Of a stretch of 64,000 nt of DNA, positions 11,510-21,966 are shown in pieces. Under the pieces are notes generated by a model. The model had not been told where the DNA came from, did not search any database, and saw only the letters and a list, made by a program, of their open reading frames with translations. Source of the DNA: a virus; the IMG/VR virus record IMGVR_UViG_3300037346_000623, positions 53,266-117,265 of that record; one strand, 5' to 3'. Positions within the stretch are counted from its first letter, which is position 1. The number at the start of each line of letters is the position of its first letter. Made by a program: the position numbers and the translations under genes.

Positions 11510-12004
11510 TTAAAACAATTTTCTAATTTTTCTTTTTGATAAAATACTGTATTTTATTTCCAGCTCGTTTATGATCATCTCCTTGTATTTTATTGGAGTT
11601 ATCTCATATGCTTTAGCGTATGTTATTTGTACATAATCACATATGGAAACAAATTTTTCAGAAAATGAATACTCGGTATCTTCCAATTTTTCAAGTATCT
11701 CCTGGAATAAATGTGGAACTAAATCCTTCGGTATCTTTTTTTTATAACTTAAAGGAAACCATCTTGAAGTCTGAAATGCCTCATATACGAGTTCTTCCAG
11801 TTTCTTACGATGTAAATATTCCTCCTCGTCGTATGTTTCACTTAATATATTATGGCTTTGATCTATATCAAAGCTATCATTATAATCATTATCCTTAGTT
11901 GGATTATTATGTGCTCCAAATATCTTATCACCAAGCTGTTTTTTAGCAACTTCCGGGGTTCCGTTTTCATTTACATTTTCCGGTGTTTCTTGGGTTTCTT
12001 CCAT
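11510..12004 (-). CDS. Hypothetical protein, possibly a gp33-like late transcription co-activator
   Basis: C-terminal helical region (ICDYVQI...KEMIINE...KLF) loosely resembles gp33. Confidence 0.35.
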   Translation of the reverse strand: MEETQETPENVNENGTPEVAKKQLGDKIFGAHNNPTKDNDYNDSFDIDQSHNILSETYDEEEYLHRKKLEELVYEAFQTSRWFPLSYKKKIPKDLVPHLFQEILEKLEDTEYSFSEKFVSICDYVQITYAKAYEITPIKYKEMIINELEIKYSILSKRKIRKLF

Positions 12005-12020
12005 TTTTTAATGGTTATTT

Positions 12021-13319
12021 TTACTCTACGTGCATAGGTACATTAACATCCTCAGTAATTCTCATATACTTATAGTCAACGCTAAATACCTTGTAGGCGT
12101 TTTTATAGCCATCATCTCTATTTGCTAATATTTTTAATTTATATTCTTTATTAGCATACATTATTGGATCTTGAATTATACCGAACATTCCGTCAACGGT
12201 AGCAACAAGACCTGATGATTCAGCTGCTGAGTTTATACTTAAATCAGAAGCATCAAAGTCACCTTGTTTGGTTTGTGTAGCAGTAATAATTGACCAATTG
12301 TTTTGCATGGCCATACCCCTTAAATCCTCAGCAATTTGTTTTATCTTCATGTAGGTATTCTCAGAATTTGCATTCCTCCAATTCTTCATAATATTAATAT
12401 AATCAACCACAATCACCTTAAATTTAATACCTTTAATTTCCTCCATCTTTTTGAGATATCTCTCAATGTCGTTAACAGATGCCTGAGAAGTTGGAAACTC
12501 CTTAATTGCTAAATGACCAGGAACCTTCAGATTGTCATACATCATCGATCCCAATTTTTTCTTCATTGCTTGCTCATCGTCAGCAATTTTACTATATTCT
12601 GAGACAGGAACTCCCAATATATTTGCGCCCATTCTCTTAACATACTTTCTATCACTCATTTCAAGAGATAATACAGCAACATTATGTCCGGTCTTAACTG
12701 CTTGAGCTGCTATATTACCAAGCCATAATGATTTACCGACTTTTGGCATTCCCATAAAAACATATAGTGCCTTAGCAGAAAATCCACCACCAAGAACTGT
12801 ATCAATAAAAGGGAATCCGCTAGAGAATGTATATTGAGTTAATTGCTTATGATTCTCAGGATTAAAGAAATCCAATCCCTCATCAAAGCTAAAATTTATA
12901 CTATTTCTTTCAACAATAATATTCTTGAACGTATCAATAACAGTTTTAATATTCTCCGAAGAAACAGGTGTTGATTGTATATACTTAAGACCATCAACCG
13001 CAGATTTAGTTAGATTCTTGTATTCAACAAAGAATTCAGTTGTTTCTTTTAACCATGCATCCTCATACTTAGAAAGATCTATTCCGTATATAGATCTTAT
13101 TTCCGAATGATCCACTAGATTACCCCCCTTCATCTTAAAAGATTCGATCATTTGTTCAGCGGATGGCATTTCGTGATATTTCTCCCAGAATTCTTTAACA
13201 CCAGTAAATATAGAACCTAGAGATTCATTCTTAAAAAAATCCGATTTACATGTATCTAGATATGGGGAATTTTGAAGTATATACCTAAGTATTACATTTT
13301 CAGAGTGTGTTAAATCCAT
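12021..13319 (-). CDS. DnaB-like replicative helicase (T4 gp41)
   Basis: GMPKVGKS, SLEMS, VVDYINIM, TATQT. Confidence 0.95.
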   Translation of the reverse strand: MDLTHSENVILRYILQNSPYLDTCKSDFFKNESLGSIFTGVKEFWEKYHEMPSAEQMIESFKMKGGNLVDHSEIRSIYGIDLSKYEDAWLKETTEFFVEYKNLTKSAVDGLKYIQSTPVSSENIKTVIDTFKNIIVERNSINFSFDEGLDFFNPENHKQLTQYTFSSGFPFIDTVLGGGFSAKALYVFMGMPKVGKSLWLGNIAAQAVKTGHNVAVLSLEMSDRKYVKRMGANILGVPVSEYSKIADDEQAMKKKLGSMMYDNLKVPGHLAIKEFPTSQASVNDIERYLKKMEEIKGIKFKVIVVDYINIMKNWRNANSENTYMKIKQIAEDLRGMAMQNNWSIITATQTKQGDFDASDLSINSAAESSGLVATVDGMFGIIQDPIMYANKEYKLKILANRDDGYKNAYKVFSVDYKYMRITEDVNVPMHVE

Positions 13320-13324
13320 TTTTT

Positions 13325-13624
13325 TTAATTTTTATAATAAGGGTTATTATTAATTCTATACCATATCTTACTTGCGTTGCTTTTTTTGGTTTCTATAAAA
13401 TCACCATCTTCGATCATTCTTTTAATAATATCTCCATGGGATTCACTTTCCCATCTTGAACCAAATATTGAATTGAAAGTTTGTGGTGAGAATTCACCAT
13501 TAGGTCTTTTATCTTTAAGAAGATATAGACTAATTTCGTAGACTATATCTTCTTTGGTTGGATAATTAGGAAAAGTCTTCCAAACACCCATGAGATATTT
13601 GAATTTTATATTATTCTTCTCCAT
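13325..13624 (-). CDS. Hypothetical protein (likely start MEKNNIKF)
   Basis: ORF coupled between uvsX and the helicase. Confidence 0.6.
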   Translation of the reverse strand: MEKNNIKFKYLMGVWKTFPNYPTKEDIVYEISLYLLKDKRPNGEFSPQTFNSIFGSRWESESHGDIIKRMIEDGDFIETKKSNASKIWYRINNNPYYKN

Positions 13625-14822
13625 CTTCTTCCTCAGCTTCTTCCTCAGCTTCTTCGTCAAGTTCATCGCTCAGAGAGCCAAGTAATTCAGAGTGATCTGC
13701 AAGATCCGGAAACTTAAACTTGTTCTGTATAACTTTATTATCAAGCATTTCTAAAACCTCCTGGGTAAAAACTTTTTCAGTAAATAATTCAGTAGAAGTC
13801 ACAGTTTTACCAAGATGTCTAACACCCCATCTTGTTGAAGTAGCACCAGGTTTAAAAACTTGTTCTTTTTTACCATCTGCATTTTTTACCTCTTCAAACT
13901 TACCTCTTTCTATCCCGCAAACTTCCCAGGAAACATAATCCTGCAAACCAACGTAAGGATTCATACCGTTAGAAAATGAGATGTGGAATTTTATGGGCTC
14001 AGGAATAGTAAATCTACTTTTCTTAAGTGTAGATGTACAAACGATACCAGTTTTTGTGCCTGCACCATCCTTTAATTGAGCCTTGGATAAGAAAGCAACA
14101 ACAGACATAGCAAATATTGGTCCATCACCACCGGAACTTTCTTTTGTTGGTATATAAGCTCCACCACCAGCATAAACGTGATTGGTACAAATTAATGGTA
14201 CTTTAGCAGCAGTAAGATCAAGTGTTATAACGCGGAATAATTTTCTAAGCTCTTTAGCTTTAGCACCCATATCGGAAGCATTATGTCCCTTCATTGCATC
14301 AGCAAGTTCTTTATCCGTACTTAGCATACCTAATGAGTCAAGAACTATAAGAATTTTTGGTGCTTCCCCATTCGCTTTTGATTTTTTAACCATATCGAGG
14401 ACATTAGAAACGAATGTTTGAAATTGTGAAACTGTTTGTATAGGCTGATATCTGATCTTATTCATATCGATACCAAATTTAACAGCACCAGATTTATCTA
14501 TGGCTCCCTCAGTATCGCAGTAGATAACATCATAGCCAATTTTTTGTGCTTCCCTAACAACATTTAGGCAGAAGAATGATTTTCCTGTACCAGGATCACC
14601 CATGACTCCAAATGATCTTGAATTAGGTACGCCACCAAATAACGATCCTGAGATTTGAGCATTCAATAGATAGTTACCTGTAGGTATCCATTCATCAACC
14701 TCGCTAAAAGTATTTGTTGCTAGAATAGAACCTGTTTCAAATCCTGAGATCTTAGATAGAGCTTTGTCCATGTTTAGAAAGGAGAAACTGGACGATGTTT
14801 TTGTTGTTTGTGCTTTAGCCAT
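13611..14822 (-). CDS. uvsX: RecA-like recombinase UvsX
   Basis: GDPGTGKS, DTEGA, LDSLGML, TNHVY, GG.G. Confidence 0.9.
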   Translation of the reverse strand: MAKAQTTKTSSSFSFLNMDKALSKISGFETGSILATNTFSEVDEWIPTGNYLLNAQISGSLFGGVPNSRSFGVMGDPGTGKSFFCLNVVREAQKIGYDVIYCDTEGAIDKSGAVKFGIDMNKIRYQPIQTVSQFQTFVSNVLDMVKKSKANGEAPKILIVLDSLGMLSTDKELADAMKGHNASDMGAKAKELRKLFRVITLDLTAAKVPLICTNHVYAGGGAYIPTKESSGGDGPIFAMSVVAFLSKAQLKDGAGTKTGIVCTSTLKKSRFTIPEPIKFHISFSNGMNPYVGLQDYVSWEVCGIERGKFEEVKNADGKKEQVFKPGATSTRWGVRHLGKTVTSTELFTEKVFTQEVLEMLDNKVIQNKFKFPDLADHSELLGSLSDELDEEAEEEAEEEDGEE

Positions 14823-14937
14823 ATTATATTAATATTTTTGTCTATTATAATATGGAAAATCTTATGTTTTGTTTCTTTTTTAAATGAATTATTAAGATTT
14901 TGGTATCTTGTCTTATTTAAAAAATCTTGTCTTATTT

Positions 14938-15085
14938 AAAAGTTTAGGGTAGTGTTACGTGTATATTATAATTAAAGTTTAGGGTAGTGTTACGTGTATA
15001 TTATAATTAAAGTTTAGGGTAGTGTTACGTGTATATTATAATTAAAGTTTAGGGTAGTGTTACGTGTATATTATAATTAAAGTTT
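14938..15085. repeat. Four perfect tandem copies of a 35-bp unit
   Basis: AGTTTAGGGTAGTGTTACGTGTATATTATAATTAA at 14941, 14976, 15011, 15046. Confidence 0.97.
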
Positions 15086-15208
15086 GGGCTCTAAGTTGTA
15101 CTAGATAGATAATAGATTCTTCGCCGGGGTAATTAAGATAATTATCTTATCCGTTATATAGTAATTTGTTTCTAATTTTTTAATCTTTAACTAAACTTTA
15201 ACGCTTTA

Positions 15209-16222
15209 TTATAATTTTGGTGTCTTTATTAGCTCCTTTATCTTTTTTTGGTTTTTTATTACTGAATCTGCATCTCTTTGTAGCTCCTTAAAACTTTTTT
15301 TGTCCTTGATATCATATTTTTTCTTTGTTAATGAAGCTACCACTCTTGCAGCTTCTTCTGCACATGGGTCGTCTTTTTCAGACCATATATCTTCATTGGA
15401 TGTTTCTATTTGTAATTTTCTTAGATTTTCTCTAAATTTTCTAACCGCCTCGGGTACTTGTTTTGCTGCTTCCGCTTCTCTGTCTATTAACATTATAGAT
15501 TCTGCTTCACTTCCTGGCTTATATTTTACAGCTTCAGATCCTTTTTTTCCGTTAATAACACCTTCTATCGCATCAAGTCCTCTTTTAACGACTTTATCCA
15601 TATCCTTCTGTGCTATCTTAAAATCTCTTATATCTGCATTTTTAATTTCGATAAGTACTTCCGTTGCTTTAGCTACCAGATCGTTACCAGTGGATAAATA
15701 TTCATTAGATTCGAATCCTTCGTTATTTTTTCCTAAAAATTCTCTAACCCAAGTGTCGAGTGCTCCTTTTCCCCCTCTTTGTATTATTTTATCGAGCTTA
15801 TCTGATATTTCGTCTAGTTGTTTTTTCCTGCCTTCCTCTAATCCGCCTTTTTTTTCATATTTGGATTTATTTGTCATCTCCTGTTCACCTGCTTCAGAGA
15901 TTATAGACTGCACAGTTTTTATTGATTGCTGTAGAAATGTTATCATTTCTGAGCCAGATTCTTTGGCTCTTTTATATAAATCAGTTCCCTGCAAACTTCT
16001 AAGAACACTATCTATTGTATTTGCAGCATCAAAGATTGCTGTTTGTAGTATCTCAGCTCTGTATAATTGATCTTGTACCTGTGTATTATAAGCTGGTTTT
16101 TCACCTTTATCCAATATCGTACCCGACATTGCACCTTTACCAACTCCACTAGCCCATTGTCTTGCTTGATTTAACCAAGATCCAAAACTCTCGTTTATTA
16201 TTTTATTTCTAGTATCCGACAT
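15209..16222 (-). CDS. Hypothetical helical protein (candidate internal virion protein)
   Basis: 337 aa ORF, N-terminal IINE. Confidence 0.75.
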   Translation of the reverse strand: MSDTRNKIINESFGSWLNQARQWASGVGKGAMSGTILDKGEKPAYNTQVQDQLYRAEILQTAIFDAANTIDSVLRSLQGTDLYKRAKESGSEMITFLQQSIKTVQSIISEAGEQEMTNKSKYEKKGGLEEGRKKQLDEISDKLDKIIQRGGKGALDTWVREFLGKNNEGFESNEYLSTGNDLVAKATEVLIEIKNADIRDFKIAQKDMDKVVKRGLDAIEGVINGKKGSEAVKYKPGSEAESIMLIDREAEAAKQVPEAVRKFRENLRKLQIETSNEDIWSEKDDPCAEEAARVVASLTKKKYDIKDKKSFKELQRDADSVIKNQKKIKELIKTPKL

Positions 16223-16951
16223 TTAATTTTTACCTAGTATATTTTTAGCTTCTTTAGTTATTATTTCCAGATATCTTTTACCTGATGTGCTATTTTCCTT
16301 CTCTTCTGATTCAGATTCCATGTTTTGTAGACAAACAATAGCACCCTTTTTATAAACCTTCACTGCTTGCATATAATAATCCAGCGCTTTACCTATCTTC
16401 ATAAAATATAATGAATTTGATTTAGTTAGTTTTGAATTTGTTTCGAGTCTTATTTCCTTAGCCTTCTCCTCGTATTGGGTATCACTTATTTTTTTGGTGT
16501 TTCTCTGTTGATCTAGATCAGTTATACTTTTTCTGAACGAATCTAGAACCAATCCCTCCTGATCAAATGCATTTATTGACGATAATTCACCCTTGGTTGC
16601 ACCTTGCCAGTCACCACCAAGATAATCACTTATTTTTTCAATTTCATCCCATAGTTTTCTATGTGATTCGTATGTTGGTTTAATATTTCCTGATATTGCA
16701 GTTATTCTATTAATACTGCTGTTTCCCTTATCTGGATTTATAGGTGCTAGATTGGTAGACATGCTCTTGAGAACGGATGCTGCTTGAGTTAAAAATATTG
16801 TATACAATCCGGCAGAGTCATCACCGGTGTCCTGTTTAGGAATATTCATATTATCCCTATAGGTATCGCCAGTTTTTGACGGTGTATTTTGTTCTATAGG
16901 ATCTCCTTTTTTCTCGTAGATCCTAAAATCGTGAAATTTTTTTATTTCCAT
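16223..16951 (-). CDS. Hypothetical protein with capsid-targeting-like N-terminus
   Basis: MEIKKFHDFRIYE. Confidence 0.75.
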   Translation of the reverse strand: MEIKKFHDFRIYEKKGDPIEQNTPSKTGDTYRDNMNIPKQDTGDDSAGLYTIFLTQAASVLKSMSTNLAPINPDKGNSSINRITAISGNIKPTYESHRKLWDEIEKISDYLGGDWQGATKGELSSINAFDQEGLVLDSFRKSITDLDQQRNTKKISDTQYEEKAKEIRLETNSKLTKSNSLYFMKIGKALDYYMQAVKVYKKGAIVCLQNMESESEEKENSTSGKRYLEIITKEAKNILGKN

Positions 16952-18333
16952 TATTTACTCTTTCCGCTAACTATATCCTGTATTTTAGCTTGTATTTTTG
17001 GATCTGTCCAGTTTTTAACCATTGTCTGTAATTCTGGTGTTAATTTTTTACCATCTTCTGTTGATTTTATTAAATCGTCACCAGTATTACCACCTATTAA
17101 TTTAGCGACTCTTCTTATGGCCTCTTCTGTATTTTTTCCGTATCCGCCATCAGCTTTTATTTGTTGGCTGTCCGGTAATATTGCATTAAGTTTTCCTTGA
17201 AAATCTTTTATCACTTGATAATTAGATCCGCTTTTTTTAAGATTTTCTTTTTCTATATTGCCCGATTTTATCTCCTTAATATCTGAGGTTTTCTCTTCTT
17301 TCTTATCCCCTTCCTTCACCTTAGCTTCCTCTTCTTTCTTCTTAGCTTCTGCAGTAGCCTGTTTATTAACAAGTTCTGATGCTTTAGTTTTTATTTCTTT
17401 GGATTTATCTTCAACAGAGGTAAGACTATCTGTTACTTCTTTATCTATTTTTATTTGAGATGTGAATTTACTAGTCGCGTCGTTCATTAAGCTCTGTATC
17501 TTTTCAACCTCCACTGGTATTTCTGCTAATCTATCCTTTCTCTCTCTTCTCTTCATTTTGTCCCAAGTATCATCGTTGCTTAATTCGTCAGATAATTTGC
17601 TCATTGCAGCGAATGCTGTTTTAGCAGCTTGCTTATATGCATTATCTAGAGTTGTGTCCTCAACAGTTTTAAATTGAGCCATTTTTGGTGTTATTATAGT
17701 TGTGCGTAATTCAGATCTTCTTTCTGGAAATAGATTTTTATCAAACAATCCTTCATTTAATTGTAATTCTTCTCTCCAAACTTGAAATGATTCCTTCACT
17801 AGTGTTTTAGCTTTTTTAAGCTCCGCTGCAAGCTCTGTAACATATTTATTGATCGAATCATCTATTCTTTTATTGATACCATCTAAAGATTTTTTTCCTT
17901 CCTCGGAAGTAACAAGAGTTGTGTATGATTTCTTTAATAAATCGGAGAATGCTGTAACGTCCCCCCCGATTTGTGATTTGTAATCACCATTAAGTTTTTG
18001 AGATATCTTTTTAATTATATCTGCCATAACATCGCCCTTTTTAAGTGGATCTGTTTGTTGTGATATACTTTGAAGATCCGCAACTACCTCGCTATATCCA
18101 CCATCCATACCTGAAACTATAACGAAATAGATATCAATAAATGCATTATATAACTGATCACCTACCGATGTAGCTGCTGTTGGTGCATTATTGCTTTTGA
18201 GTATATCTTTTTTATCAGCTGGTGCTGGTGTTGCTCCCGCAGCTGGTGCTGGTGTTGCTCCCGCAGCTGGTGCTGGTTTATCATCGACCTCGAATATTTT
18301 CCCATATGAATTAAAATCTAATACTCTTTTCAT
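16951..18333 (-). CDS. Helical protein with PAPAAGAT repeat and C-terminal peptidoglycan-binding-like domain
   Basis: FQ..LN......KADG.YGKNT..AI motif; 24-bp repeat at ~18216-18276; late box at 18358. Confidence 0.65.
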   Translation of the reverse strand: MKRVLDFNSYGKIFEVDDKPAPAAGATPAPAAGATPAPADKKDILKSNNAPTAATSVGDQLYNAFIDIYFVIVSGMDGGYSEVVADLQSISQQTDPLKKGDVMADIIKKISQKLNGDYKSQIGGDVTAFSDLLKKSYTTLVTSEEGKKSLDGINKRIDDSINKYVTELAAELKKAKTLVKESFQVWREELQLNEGLFDKNLFPERRSELRTTIITPKMAQFKTVEDTTLDNAYKQAAKTAFAAMSKLSDELSNDDTWDKMKRRERKDRLAEIPVEVEKIQSLMNDATSKFTSQIKIDKEVTDSLTSVEDKSKEIKTKASELVNKQATAEAKKKEEEAKVKEGDKKEEKTSDIKEIKSGNIEKENLKKSGSNYQVIKDFQGKLNAILPDSQQIKADGGYGKNTEEAIRRVAKLIGGNTGDDLIKSTEDGKKLTPELQTMVKNWTDPKIQAKIQDIVSGKSK

Positions 18334-18371
18334 AATATAATTTGTATTTTTTAATAGTATATATCAAAAAA

Positions 18372-18426
18372 AAAACATATAACTAAAGTTATATGTTAAA
18401 ACATATAACTAAAGTTATATGTTTTT
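18372..18426. terminator. Tandemly duplicated hairpin terminator
   Basis: AAAACATATAACT-A-AAGTTATATGTT present twice back to back, with A and T tracts. Confidence 0.7.
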
Positions 18427-18495
18427 ACTTATTATCGTTTTTTATATTCATTATTAGCAAATATTTATATCTGCTAATTTTTTACATTTCCATTT

Positions 18496-19482
18496 TTAAT
18501 TATTTTTATAATGTTCAATCCAATGTGATATCATCTCGTCCAGCATAGTTTCAAATGTATAAGTAGGAAGCCATCCTATTTCTTTTCTTAATTTAGTTGA
18601 ATCACCTTTTAGATCCTCTAATTCTTCGGGTCTCAGGTATTTTTCGCTGGTCACTACATAATCTTCCCATCTAAGCTCCAATTTATCGAAAACATATTCA
18701 ACCAATTCTTTAACGGTATGTGATTCACCGGTTGAGCAAACAAAGTCTCCTGGTATATCCTGTTGCAACATCATCCACATGGCTTTAACATAATCCTTTG
18801 CATGACCCCAATCCCTAGACGCATTTAGATTGCCTAGAACGAGCTTTTTTTCAAGACCTAGCTTAATCTCTACCGCTGTCTTTATAACCTTGTTAGTGAC
18901 AAAATTAACACCCCTACGCGGTGATTCGTGATTGAATAGGATACCATTGCTTATGAACATATTGTATGAGTTTCTATAATTTCTACAGATATTATATGAA
19001 AATACTTTAGCACATCCATATGGTGAAACCGGATTCATCTGTGTTGATTCCCTCTGATAACCATCAGGATCTATTGAGTTTCCAAACATTTCGGATGATG
19101 ATGCCTGATATATTCTTATATTTTTATCATGTAACCTTATTGCTTCCAATAGATTGAGTGTTCCTATACCGGTTGCTTGTGCTGTATAAACTGGCTGGTC
19201 GAATGATATTCTTACGTGCGATTGTGCAGCTAGATTATAAACCTCTGAAGGATCAGAGATCTTTAATGCATGAAGAAGTGAGGGTACATCTAATAAATCC
19301 GCATAGATAAGATTATCCTTTATTACATCATATATACTATCAAGTCTTGATGTTTGGTTTTCGGATACAGAATTTCTTTTTATCGTTCCGAATACTTCAT
19401 ACCCCTTATTAATTAAAAATTCTGCAAGATAACTTCCGTCTTGCCCGTTAATACCTGTTATTAATGCTCTTGTTTTTTCCAT
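18496..19482 (-). CDS. gmd: GDP-mannose 4,6-dehydratase
   Basis: ALITGINGQDGSYLAE, NLAAQSHV, SPYGCAK, NHESPRRG, RDWGHAKDYV. Confidence 0.97.
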   Translation of the reverse strand: MEKTRALITGINGQDGSYLAEFLINKGYEVFGTIKRNSVSENQTSRLDSIYDVIKDNLIYADLLDVPSLLHALKISDPSEVYNLAAQSHVRISFDQPVYTAQATGIGTLNLLEAIRLHDKNIRIYQASSSEMFGNSIDPDGYQRESTQMNPVSPYGCAKVFSYNICRNYRNSYNMFISNGILFNHESPRRGVNFVTNKVIKTAVEIKLGLEKKLVLGNLNASRDWGHAKDYVKAMWMMLQQDIPGDFVCSTGESHTVKELVEYVFDKLELRWEDYVVTSEKYLRPEELEDLKGDSTKLRKEIGWLPTYTFETMLDEMISHWIEHYKNN

Positions 19483-19487
19483 GTGTA

Positions 19488-20414
19488 TTATAGTCTAACT
19501 TTTGGATAGTTTTCATTGAACCACGATATGGATTTTCTAAGTCCATCCTTCATGTGGGTAAATTCAAAATCAGGAAACATATTTTTTATTATATAATTAT
19601 CGCTCGGCTTCCTGTATTGTCCATCTGGTTTAGATTCATCAAATATAATTTCTCCATCATATTCCATTATATCAGCAATCATTTCAACTACTGAACCTAT
19701 GGATATTTCCTCCGATGTTGATAATATAACCGGATCAGATCCGTCGTAATTATCATAGAGTAATTTTGTTAATTTTGCAACATCCTCGGAGAATATAAAT
19801 TCTCTTAATGGTTTACCTGATCCCCAAACCTTAAATTCAGTATTGTTCTTTTTTGCAAGATGCATCCTATGGATAAGCATTGGTATAACATGACCTGATT
19901 CCAGATTATAATTATCGCTAGGACCATAAATATTACATGGTATTACACTAAAATAATTTACGCCATACTGTTCCCTGTATGCTTTTATTTGTATGTCTGC
20001 CATTCTTTTTGCATAAGCGTATGCATAATTTGATGAATGTGGAGGACCAAGATGTATTTTATCCGGTGATAATGGGTATTCGACATTATCTGGAAAAACG
20101 CAGGTTGATAGAAATGCTATGAATTTTTTTATACCAAATTTTCTTGCTGATTCTATTATTGCAGTGTTCATTGAAATGTTCTCGTAAAAGAACTGTCCTT
20201 GTCCATTCATATTCCCTTGTATGCCTCCCACTTTTGCTGCACAATGAATTATTCCTTCCGGTAGATCCCCATTTTTTTCCGACCAGTAAAAATGATCGTC
20301 TATGTATTTTTGATTGATTAGGTTTAGATCCCCTGAACCAATTCTTTCATATTCTTCACCCTTAAATTGTGAACCAACTAGGCCATATGCTCCAGTTACT
20401 AGTATTTTTCCCAT
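19488..20414 (-). CDS. fcl: GDP-L-fucose synthase
   Basis: TGAYGLVGS, AAKVGGI, YAYAKR, HVIP.LI, VWGSGKPLREF, KPDG. Confidence 0.95.
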   Translation of the reverse strand: MGKILVTGAYGLVGSQFKGEEYERIGSGDLNLINQKYIDDHFYWSEKNGDLPEGIIHCAAKVGGIQGNMNGQGQFFYENISMNTAIIESARKFGIKKFIAFLSTCVFPDNVEYPLSPDKIHLGPPHSSNYAYAYAKRMADIQIKAYREQYGVNYFSVIPCNIYGPSDNYNLESGHVIPMLIHRMHLAKKNNTEFKVWGSGKPLREFIFSEDVAKLTKLLYDNYDGSDPVILSTSEEISIGSVVEMIADIMEYDGEIIFDESKPDGQYRKPSDNYIIKNMFPDFEFTHMKDGLRKSISWFNENYPKVRL

Positions 20415-21227
20415 TTACATTTTTTTATATTTTCTTATATAATCCTGATTTGTATAATATTCGAGCGTTTCGTGCATATTTAATGTTTCCAGATGATTAT
20501 AGACATCCCAATTTTCACGGAAGAAATTATTAGCTGGACTGCTATCATTTCCTCTATGATGTTCTAGGTGATATACCATAAAATGATCTACCCATCTTAC
20601 ATCAAGACCGAGTTTAATAAATCTTTTCCCCCTCTCCTTATCTTCAGGCCCATATGATATGAAGTTTTCATTTTCACCTCCATATTTCCTATATGAATTA
20701 CTATTAAAGAATATGCAATGGCCATATTCGCTGTAGCAGTCATAAAATAATGATGTATCAGAATCTATATAATCTAGATTTAGATCATTATCAAATAGAT
20801 TCCCGTGTATGTTTGGTGTTTGTATAACTGCTCTTTGCGTCAGGCCTCCAAATGAATATGGATATATTACATCCGCATTTTCTTCCATTATCATTCTGAC
20901 CGATTCTATATACACATTCGGATGCATTAGAACATCTATATCATAATTAGCAACCACTGGGGTTTCCACAGAATCCAACATTATATTTAAGTATTTTGTT
21001 CTATGAAAAGCTTCTTCTGGTTTTTCTATCCAATGTTTTATTTCTATATTTTTAAGTGTATCTAGAAAATCCAATCTGGATCCTCTATCTGATATCTCAT
21101 AAATAAAAACATTTGTATTAAAATTTTTATTTATGTAATTTAAAACAGTTTTTGCATTATTATACCTGTCCCGATGTTCTATTAATATTGGTATAATAAT
21201 AGTACAATTTTTTAAATCCCTAACCAT
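20415..21227 (-). CDS. Glycosyltransferase (GT2/GT7C-like)
   Basis: YDIDV DxD motif, GGENENF..YGPED.E. Confidence 0.8.
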   Translation of the reverse strand: MVRDLKNCTIIIPILIEHRDRYNNAKTVLNYINKNFNTNVFIYEISDRGSRLDFLDTLKNIEIKHWIEKPEEAFHRTKYLNIMLDSVETPVVANYDIDVLMHPNVYIESVRMIMEENADVIYPYSFGGLTQRAVIQTPNIHGNLFDNDLNLDYIDSDTSLFYDCYSEYGHCIFFNSNSYRKYGGENENFISYGPEDKERGKRFIKLGLDVRWVDHFMVYHLEHHRGNDSSPANNFFRENWDVYNHLETLNMHETLEYYTNQDYIRKYKKM

Positions 21228-21936
21228 TTCTTAATTCTTTTTTTTTATCTTCCCCACCTTTATCAAGAAAAACTATTGTTGGACTATTTCCATGCTCATA
21301 TTCACTCGGGCAGGAAAATCCCATACCTAATATTCTATCTGGCTTATTGTCCATGAAGTATTTATTTAGATGTGATTCGTCATGCCATATAGCTATTATA
21401 CCCTTCTCGAGATCCAGATCTATATTTTTACTAATTTTTTCAGCCATTTCTATAAATGATTTTGAATCACCACCAAAAAATCCACCGCAATAATAATTTT
21501 CATTTGCTCCTCTTTTTATAAATGCCTTTGAGTTCGGATTTCTTTCTGGTGTTCCCTGAGGGTTCCATGATATTAGAATAAATCCTGGATGTAGAGTTCC
21601 TATAGTTCCTTTATCGTTGATTATCATATCTGATAGAGGAAGCTGTTTTCTAAATATACTATCAACATCTATATAGAATGAAAAATCGGATTTTTCTATT
21701 TTTTCTCTACCTGAAAGAAAATAATGAAATCTTTTTAATGTTGGCATTGGCCAAGGTTCGCTAGATATTTGAACCTTTTCTATATCAGGGGAATCTATAA
21801 TATCCTGAGAATCTGTGTATATTATAAAACTTAATTTACAATCATTAACAAACATATCTCTAGCTGATTGAATAATACCTTCGAGAAATAACGTATATTT
21901 ATTTGTTGCTATAAGATTTAGCGTAACTTTTTTCAT
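21220..21936 (-). CDS. GT6 family alpha-1,3-Gal/GalNAc transferase (ABO-type)
   Basis: IATNKY, PWP..TL.RF, DVD, YY.GGFFGG, WHDESHLNKY. Confidence 0.9.
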   Translation of the reverse strand: MKKVTLNLIATNKYTLFLEGIIQSARDMFVNDCKLSFIIYTDSQDIIDSPDIEKVQISSEPWPMPTLKRFHYFLSGREKIEKSDFSFYIDVDSIFRKQLPLSDMIINDKGTIGTLHPGFILISWNPQGTPERNPNSKAFIKRGANENYYCGGFFGGDSKSFIEMAEKISKNIDLDLEKGIIAIWHDESHLNKYFMDNKPDRILGMGFSCPSEYEHGNSPTIVFLDKGGEDKKKELRNG

Positions 21937-21966
21937 TTATTTTGTCCTTATATAATTTATTTCGAT

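Noticed and set aside
14938-15085. CRISPR array
   Set aside because: The 35-bp units are contiguous with no spacers, and no cas genes are present
15300-16070. 256-aa plus-strand ORF and the many other antisense ORFs in the track
   Set aside because: Shadow frames of real minus-strand genes, Ser/Phe/Leu-rich, with no motifs
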